A stretch of 63,307 nt of DNA, counting the filler, from Octopus bimaculoides (taxonomy: Eukaryota): NCBI RefSeq assembly GCF_001194135.2. It is 8 parts of 8 records of this genome, joined end to end, with 100 filler letters (N's around TTAATTAATTAA, not from the genome) between each part and the next. Parts side by side here need not be neighbours in the genome. Positions count along the whole stretch, not along the records: positions 48,390 to 56,658 come from NC_068982.1; positions 56,759 to 60,681 come from NW_026373234.1; positions 60,782 to 63,307 come from NC_068999.1; 5 more parts are not named here. One strand, written 5' to 3'. The notes below the pieces were generated by a model, which was not told the origin of the DNA, ran no database searches, and was given only the letters and a program-made list of their open reading frames with translations. The position numbers were made by a program, and so were the translations under genes. Positions 55,269 to 63,307 of this stretch are shown here, piece after piece (the first letter of the stretch is position 1; each line of letters begins with the position of its first letter).

Positions 55269-56621
55269 AGATTTGATGAAATTCCGTATTAGATGAGACC
55301 GGATCCATAGAGGTATCCAACTGGATATTGCAGTCCATTGTTCGGGTTTTAATTACTTTTCATCAGTTCAGTTTTAACGAATTCCATGTCATAATAACTG
55401 TTATAAATGACCTTTTTGCAGCAACAACAATAGATATAGCTTAAAATCGCAATAATGGAGAGAAAAAATCTGCAGTAGCACGGTTTTTTTTATCTGGCAT
55501 TTGAGAACATATCAACGGAAAATGTGTCGCCTTTATTTTATTGGTGATATCCCCACTCGTCTCTTATTTTGAAGCATCATGAAAAATTTTACAATAGATT
55601 ATTATGAATGGAAATTCTTTTCATTTAACAAGGGTAGCATATGCCTTTGGGAGAGGAGTCGGTTGTTAGCTCTAGCAAGTCAGAAGTAACAGTACTATGT
55701 TTGATCATGCAATGTGAACTAATATAAAATCTGACTAACTTGTAAAGTTTAATATCCTTTGCGCTGTATTGTAGTACACAGAACGATATCTGCAATATCT
55801 CCACACTAACCGATATTGATATGAATGTTTGTGTCCATCTTAAAGCCTCAATATATCCTGCTATTCAAGTATTTTGAAATTCTATTCCGCACAAATCGAA
55901 ATATTACAATAATGAGAGTTGCGCATACACGAACAATGATATTACGAAACCCGTATAATTTGTTATACGGTAGTTCCTATTTTATTATTAAGACCAAATT
56001 ATAAGGTATTTCGTGCAATTTTCTCTTGATGTGTTGCATTGTGGTTTCTTACTTCTGTTTTTAACCTCATCAGTTTTCTTTTTACTTGTTTCCACTGTTG
56101 CAGTTCTTTATTTCGAACGCGTTTCCAATCAGTAATGAAGTGACTGCAAAAGTCAGATGATAAAATCAACCAAAAGTTTATCATGATTACGTGAAGGAAG
56201 TTTCAAGCATCATTCATTTCTACGCACATGAAAGGCTGAAGAATACCAACAGGTCTGGTGACATATTGCGAGAAATCCTACGATATCGATTTCCCAATAC
56301 TGAGTTACATTCCATGCTCATGACGGAATTACATATAGAGCTGTTATTCTCGTCCGTTCTTTTGTAAATATATTCCTAGCCCATCGTTTAGTTTCGGTCC
56401 TAATGCCATTTCTAATCTACAACGAAACTGGCATAATATCAACTTTTCTCTTCGGTTGACATAGAATAAAGAGAATCGGAAAAAGGATTATTTAAGAAAG
56501 CTGCTTGGGAAACAAAGATATTTCCATTGTTAAATAAATAGAAACAATATATCTAAACGTACACCTTAACTTACAAACATCCACACACACATATATATAA
56601 GCATGTGTATATGTATGTATG

Positions 56622-56658
<37 letters not shown>

Positions 56659-56758
56659 NNNNNNNNNNNNNNNNNNNNNNNNNNNNNNNNNNNNNNNNNN
56701 NNTTAATTAATTAANNNNNNNNNNNNNNNNNNNNNNNNNNNNNNNNNNNNNNNNNNNN

Positions 56759-56991
56759 GAAACTCCTCTCCATCTTCAAAGTTGAAAAAAATTAACGCCG
56801 CAAAAAATGTGGAAAAAAAATCTTCCAAAATTCACTTGAGTTCAAATATCACGCCAAACAATGTCGGAGACAATAACTCAACTGTTTGCAAAGTGAAATC
56901 AGGTGTTTTAACGAATGTACTAATGAGATTTGGGTTCGAATATACATTTAAATAACAATGGGTACGCTCGGCCGGCTAAGTAACGAAAGGG
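56759..56991. mobile_element. piggyBac-like terminal fragment
   Basis: Ends GTAACGAAAGGG|TTAA. Confidence 0.5.
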
Positions 56992-57304
56992 TTAATGGAA
57001 TTGCCATAAAGATATGAAGGCTGCCTTGTGGCCACTTCTTCACACACAATCTTTTTGTTCAGGGTAATTTGGTTGCTTAAATGAAAATATTTAATGAGAC
57101 CCCATGTAATTCCTGGCAGAGACCTGAAACTCTACTGGTGTGTTCAGTTACTACGTCTAAGCACACTTACCTACTGGACAATCAAAGAAGTAGCAACTTT
57201 AAAGAAATAATTACAATATTTAAATGAGATGGAATCATTAACGACTGAGTGAGGCAAAGACAGGCAAGGGAGATAATCTAATGTGTATGAGTAATATACA
57301 CCTG

Positions 57305-57346
<42 letters not shown>

Positions 57347-57428
57347 TTAACGTCCGCTTTCCATGCTAGCATGGGTTGGACGATTTGACTGAGGACTGAT
57401 GAAACCGGATGGCTACACCAGGCTACAC
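57305..57428 (-). mobile_element. RTE-like LINE 3' terminus with (GAT)n tail
   Basis: Minus strand ...CCAACCCATGCTAGCATGGAAAGCGGACGTTAAA(TGA)n; includes the perfect 14-bp palindrome CCATGCTAGCATGG (57361-57374). Clade call is by resemblance. Confidence 0.6.
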
Positions 57429-57574
57429 AAACTCAATATTCAGCCTCACTGTGTAACACCTGGAGCAAATGCCCTCAACTATAGCTCCGGGTGAATGGAT
57501 TTCGTAGACGGAAACTGAAAGAAGCCCATTGTATATGTGTATGAGTGTGTGCCTCATTTTGCTATTGTCTTTTA

Positions 57575-57955
57575 CTTTTTACCTTTTTACTTGTTTCAGT
57601 CTTTAGACTGTGGCCATGCTAAGGCACCACCTTGAAGAATTTTAGTTGAATGAATCAATTCTAGTATTTTTTTTTTTAAAGCCTGATAATCATTCTATTG
57701 GTCTCTTTCACTGAACCACTAAGTTACAGGGATGTAAATACACCAACATCAGTTGTCAAACAATGGTGTGCGACAAACACAAAGACATGTACACATACAC
57801 ACACAATGGGCTTCTTTCAGTTTCCATCTACCAAATCCACTGACAAGGCTTTGGTCAGCACAGGGTTAAAGAAGATACTTGCCTAAGGTGCTATGCAGTG
57901 AGACAGAACCCAAAGTACATGGTTGGGAAGCAAGCTTCTTACTGCACAGCCATGC
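57575..57955 (-). mobile_element. SINE family B, CpG-depleted copy
   Basis: Colinear with family B, but CpGs read as TG or CA at nearly every position compared. Confidence 0.88.
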
Positions 57956-57983
57956 ATTTGTATTTAAATATGTGCATTAAATG

Positions 57984-58259
57984 TAGTGGAGGCGCAATGG
58001 CCCAGTGGTTAGGGCAGCAGACTCACGGTCATAGGATTGCGGTTTCGATTCCCAGACCGGGCATTGTGAGTGTTTATTGAGCAAAAACACTTAAAGTTGC
58101 ACGAGGCTCCGGCAGGGGATGGTGGCGAACCCTGCTGTACTCTTCCACCACAGCTTTCTCTCACTCTTACTTCCTGTTTCTTTTGTGCCTGTAATTCAAA
58201 GGGTCAGCCTTGTCACACTCTGTGTCACGCTGAATATCCCCGAGAACTACATTAAGGGT
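57984..58259 (+). mobile_element. SINE family C (cut by gap)
   Basis: GTGGAGGCGCAATGGCCCAGTGGTTAGGG A box, GGTTTCGATTCC B box. Confidence 0.9.
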
Positions 58260-58761
58260 NNNNNNNNNNNNNNNNNNNNNNNNNNNNNNNNNNNNNNNNN
58301 NNNNNNNNNNNNNNNNNNNNNNNNNNNNNNNNNNNNNNNNNNNNNNNNNNNNNNNNNNNNNNNNNNNNNNNNNNNNNNNNNNNNNNNNNNNNNNNNNNNN
58401 NNNNNNNNNNNNNNNNNNNNNNNNNNNNNNNNNNNNNNNNNNNNNNNNNNNNNNNNNNNNNNNNNNNNNNNNNNNNNNNNNNNNNNNNNNNNNNNNNNNN
58501 NNNNNNNNNNNNNNNNNNNNNNNNNNNNNNNNNNNNNNNNNNNNNNNNNNNNNNNNNNNNNNNNNNNNNNNNNNNNNNNNNNNNNNNNNNNNNNNNNNNN
58601 NNNNNNNNNNNNNNNNNNNNNNNNNNNNNNNNNNNNNNNNNNNNNNNNNNNNNNNNNNNNNNNNNNNNNNNNNNNNNNNNNNNNNNNNNNNNNNNNNNNN
58701 NNNNNNNNNNNNNNNNNNNNNNNNNNNNNNNNNNNNNNNNNNNNNNNNNNNNNNNNNNNNN

Positions 58762-58940
58762 ACCATCGCTTGACAACCGATTCTGGTGTGTTTACGTCCC
58801 CGTAACTTAGCAGTTTGGCAAAAGATACCGATAGAATAAGTACTAGGCTTCCAAAGAATAAGTCCTGGGGTCGATTTGCTCAACTAAAGGTGGTGCTTCA
58901 GCATGGCTGCAGTCAAATGACTGAAACAAGTAAAAGGGTA
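58762..58940 (+). mobile_element. SINE family B 3' half, CpG-depleted
   Basis: GACAACCGAT...CCTGGGGTCGATTTGCTCAAC...GAAACAAGTAAAAG. Confidence 0.88.
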
Positions 58941-59667
58941 AGCCATAGCATGATTCAATCTTTCAGAATCCTCTTCTTGTGCCCTACAAAAAGCCAGTTT
59001 TTAGTGGTAATTAATTGCAGAATGTTGAGGCAGTAATTACACAATATGTAACTCACAGTAATGCTGTAATTAGGATTCAAAACTGAATCTCTGGATATGC
59101 AGTCAGACACCACGACTGAACCACAACAGTTTCATGTGATTGTTCTATTTAGCAATCCATTATTATCAAGCCATCGCATGATTCAATCTTTCATAATCTT
59201 CTTCTTGTGCCCTACAAAAAGCCGGTTTTTAGTGGCAATTAATTACAGAATGTTGAGGCAGTCGAGTGAGATGTCTCTCCATTCTTGCCACAACAGATGG
59301 CCCATGCAAACAGATTACCAAGAACCATAATCTCCACAAATATAACACAATTGTTTCCAGTTATGTTGGGCCAGCCACCTGTTGCTGTTTCAGTAAGCTT
59401 GCCATAAACTCCAAGCAATATATCTCTTGTAATATATATCAATGTAATTATTGCTGTTATTGTCTGTAAAAGACCAATGCACTTTGACTTTATGTGCAAT
59501 AATAAAATCTGTTAAATAATGTTCACAGATGTTCAGGTACTTTGTCATGCAGCCTAAGAAACCCATTTTCAATCAGACCAGACCAACAAAAGCCCAAGCG
59601 ACAGCATCATTACTGTTAAAAGGGCCCTAGACAGAAATCTTGACTATTGCTGTTAAGACACTAAAAC

Positions 59668-60061
59668 TGTTGTTGTTGTTGGCACTCCGTCACTTGCGAC
59701 GACGAGGGTTCCAGTTGATCCGATCAACGGAACAGCCTGCTCGTGAAATTAACATGCAAGTGGCTGAGCACTCCACAGACACGTGTACCCTTAACGTAGT
59801 TCTCGGGGATATTCAGCGTGACACAGTGTGACAAGGCTGACCCTTTGAATTACAGGCACAACAGAAACAGGAAGTAAGAGTGAGAGAAAGTTGTGGTGAA
59901 AGAGTACAGCAGGGTTCGCCACCATCCCCTGCCGGAGCCTCGTGGAACTTTTAGGTGTTTTCGCTCAATAAATACTCACAACGCTCGGTCTGGGAATCAA
60001 AACTGCGATCCTATGACCGCGAGTCTGCTGCCCTAACCACTGGGCCATTGCGCCTCCACTA
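59668..60061 (-). mobile_element. SINE family C, full length
   Basis: Complete from head to (ACA)n tail. Confidence 0.92.
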
Positions 60062-60524
60062 AGTCACTAAAAGACAATGGTATTACTGAGACAACGTAAT
60101 ACATGGGTCTCCCTTCCAGGGACACAATGCTAGGTGTTATATGGACAGTTGGAGATGTTATTCGTCTGAAGTTCTGTGTGTCACTGTGGTTCGTCTGAGT
60201 TCATTGTTTCATTGTTGTTGTCTTGTGTGACTGGGTAGTAAAACGTCATTGATAGATATGGCGGACATGATTCTTGTTTATTTATAACGAACATTGGGTG
60301 AGTGCGTTCTTTGTATGTAATTGAATAATAAATGTAATAATTAAATTGTACGTTGTGTTATCTCTGCGAGTCTCCCGAGGGAAATACAACACTAGGGATC
60401 AAGGCTTTTCCTTCTATCATCACAACCAACACAACTACACCACTCTCAACCCCACTGGATGATGTCAAATTATCTGACATGCTGTCAAGCACAAAGAAGA
60501 AAAGGGTTATGGTTCTATTTAGAC

Positions 60525-60610
60525 CAGCGGTGCTCAACCATTTTTCGCTTCTGGACCACTTTGATTCCTATTTTACTCAGGTGGACCCCTCAAACCCATT
60601 CAATGTTTAA
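60525..60610 (+). mobile_element. hAT-like terminal fragment
   Basis: CAGCGGTGCTCAACCATTTT...GGACCAC...GGACCCC, the layout typical of hAT MITE termini. Confidence 0.5.
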
Positions 60611-60632
60611 AAAAAATTCCGGTATATTTTTG

Positions 60633-60681
60633 CAGACGTGGCTGTGTGGTAAGAAGTTTGCTTCCCAACCACATGGTTCTG
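60633..60681 (+). mobile_element. SINE family B head fragment
   Basis: GTGGCTGTGTGGTAAGAAGTTTGCTTCCCAACCACATGGTTC, then a gap. Confidence 0.75.
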
Positions 60682-63169
60682 NNNNNNNNNNNNNNNNNNN
60701 NNNNNNNNNNNNNNNNNNNNNNNNNTTAATTAATTAANNNNNNNNNNNNNNNNNNNNNNNNNNNNNNNNNNNNNNNNNNNNATATATATATATATGTTTA
60801 TATATTTGTGTGTGTGAGTGTGTGTGTGTGTGTCTGTGTGCATATCAAGGTAGGTGGATCTTGCATATGATGGCGAACTGGTGCTGAAACCTGAAAGTCT
60901 TCCTGAGGTTCAGCATTAAAGAAAATCATCAAAGTTCAAATTCATGTATAATGAACCCTAAGCAATGATGTATTTTGTCTAGAAGTTTAAAGGGTTTTAT
61001 TAGGTTTTCAGCAGAATTTTAAGAAAACACTCAGGCAAATTTGTGTCCTCGAACAGGTAAAATACTCACTCCTTAGGCCGTCTATCCCCAGGGTCTTTTG
61101 TCAGGTACGTCGTCGTCGACGTCTCACTAATCCAACCATTTCAGTTTTCTCTTTCTTATGTATCCGTAATGACATCTCTCTTCAGATGCTTGTATCATTG
61201 AATATTTACATACTAATCTGCTAGTGATATATTGTAAGGAACAATAAGCTTCACCATTCAAATAATATGTTGTCCCTTGTGCCTATCACTTGTTCAAACT
61301 ATTTCGTTGCAGCATTTTGTTTTATTTCTAAGACCATTAAATTTAATATTTTTGAATATTGTGTAGCGTTTTTCCCTGAACCATTCTCTTTTCCCCGAAA
61401 GGTATTGCGATAATTAGATAGCTTAATTAATCAATAGCCAAATAATATACACCCATTTACAAGAAGAAGCGCCCATATTGTCCACTTATATAACTATATA
61501 TGACGTCTTAATGATTTTGTGTGTTAGTGTGCGTAAGTAAGAAATATTGGATGACTAACTTACCATTAAATTTTTCTTCCTCTTCCTAACCATGTATACA
61601 TAGGTATGTACATGCGTTTGCAAAGATTGGTGTGTGAATATAGATCTATGTGTAAACAAATGAGCCCCAAATTACAGTGTCGTTCCTGGCAGAATTTTTG
61701 TTTGACCTGTGCAACACCTTAACGGATATTAAGCGAGATTAAGAGTTAACATTTGACACCGACAAGAAATAAGGAATATCATGTCTTTATTCAACTTTGT
61801 TGAATATAACAACGTATGCCGTTAACGAATGCCAATAACACAAATTGTCTTTGATAGAATGCACCGACTTACACAAAAGATTTTCAAAAGCTAAATACAG
61901 TGTTAGCAGCATAGCAAAACATCAGAACATATAGGAACCAAGAGGGAACCCTTTTTCTATGCTTGTTCGATCTGTCATATATAGCAAGCACGTCTCATTC
62001 CCATCACACACTACTGTCTCATAGTGTGATCCATTGCGTAATGTAGTTGTGGTTTCCTAGGTCATAGGAATGGGAGGATTATAGCCGAAACGCCTTTGCC
62101 CATATGTCTAACTAAGGCGAAACATCACCATCACAACTAATATCAGCAAAACGTCTATCGCCAGAACTACTTTAAATATTTTTCTTCTGACCAAGCAGAC
62201 CTTTGATCAAATGTTTTGCGGATGTGGCCAAATTTATTCAAGAATATCGCCAATAAACGATATTGTGATAATGGCTTTTAACTTCAGAGTTCAATGCTAG
62301 TAAGGTCAACTTCAATTATAATCATTGTTGGATGAATAAAATAAAGCCGAAGAGAAGACATGTAGTCTCTTTACACAACTATAAATTTCCATTTCCAGGT
62401 ATAGAATATGTTATTGTATCATTTATTCAATAGGTATTTATAGTAATCGTGCCCAGCGATGTACAAATACAAACAAACGAAAATTTACTATCAAAATATT
62501 CATTCGGTTCAAATCATTACATATTGATTGGTTCTCGGAAGGAACGCGAACTAACCAACATGTAAAACCTAATTAATTCGTATAATTAAAAACATGAAGC
62601 CTTTATTCCGTAGTAAATTACGTATTACGATAATGTTAAAAACAAACAGTACAGTATAGCCGCACTACACAGTAATGTAAGGTCGTACAAGCTATACTTT
62701 ATAAACTTGCGTCAGGATAAAATAACAAATTATAAATTAAGACGATAATGATTACCTTCTCTTGTTGATATCATTAATTCTGTAGTTGGAATTGCCTGTG
62801 ATCTTAATCTTCTTATAGATATTATTTAATCACAGGTTAACACACATTTCATTGACATACAACCAAAGATGACATAAAGTATGATAAACATGTTCACCAG
62901 AATATCTAGAACACATTGTTCAATATGTCCGTCCATAAATAAAGTCATACAATGTGATATGAAAAAGAACTGCTGCGATTTCTAGAAGGCCTCATAGTAA
63001 CGAAAATGTTTCATTGTTGGTCAATGCGAAAAGTTGTAATGTGCTCTTTTCATTTCAACTGACTATACTCAGAAAACATTCCACAATGGAATGAATAGCA
63101 ACGTTCGATACGAAAAGTGTTTCAAACACACACACAGATACACGCATATACATACATACACACACACAG

Positions 63170-63204
<35 letters not shown>

Positions 63205-63307
63205 CAAACAGACAGTCATACATACAAACAGTCAAAAAGACATGCATACGATTAAACATACGTAACTATATATATAGATATAGATATATAGATATATTTA
63301 TACACAA

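Noticed and set aside
57984-58060. tRNA-like heads as tRNA genes
   Set aside because: Each continues into a SINE body and tail, and no complete cloverleaf is evident.
59239-59499. Resemblance of IFVEIMVLGNLFAWAICCGKNGETSHS to the SLC23 transporter signature
   Set aside because: Only a few residues align, and the flanking sequence does not match.

Overview
Repeat-saturated, AT-rich animal genomic DNA from a fragmented draft assembly. The microsatellite load and SINE families look most like a coleoid cephalopod (octopus); this is an inference from pattern recognition, not a search result. I recognise no intact protein-coding gene, tRNA, rRNA or CRISPR array. Almost all ORFs in the track are translated microsatellites, N gaps or SINEs. 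Supported content: (i) four tRNA-derived SINE families plus one uncharacterised ~420-bp repeat; (ii) decayed non-LTR retrotransposons, namely three distinct R4/Dong-like restriction-like-endonuclease (RLE) families, CR1-like and RTE-like 3' ends, and Penelope-like tails; (iii) DNA-transposon relics (internally deleted mariner, pogo/Tigger-like MITE, piggyBac-like and hAT-like termini, a GGATCTTT-TIR element, a ~390-bp foldback); (iv) assembly artefacts (seven 100-bp N44-TTAATTAATTAA-N44 spacers, and flanks duplicated across gaps). The most interesting signals are: RLE LINEs apparently sitting in different microsatellite targets, (AAT)n versus (CATA)n; a 57-61 kb block where SINE CpGs are systematically deaminated (a possible methylation fossil or a misjoin); a ~190-bp-arm hairpin; a degenerate Penelope hammerhead-like motif; and a 134-bp templated insertion inside a SINE. 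All coordinates and alignments were read by eye.
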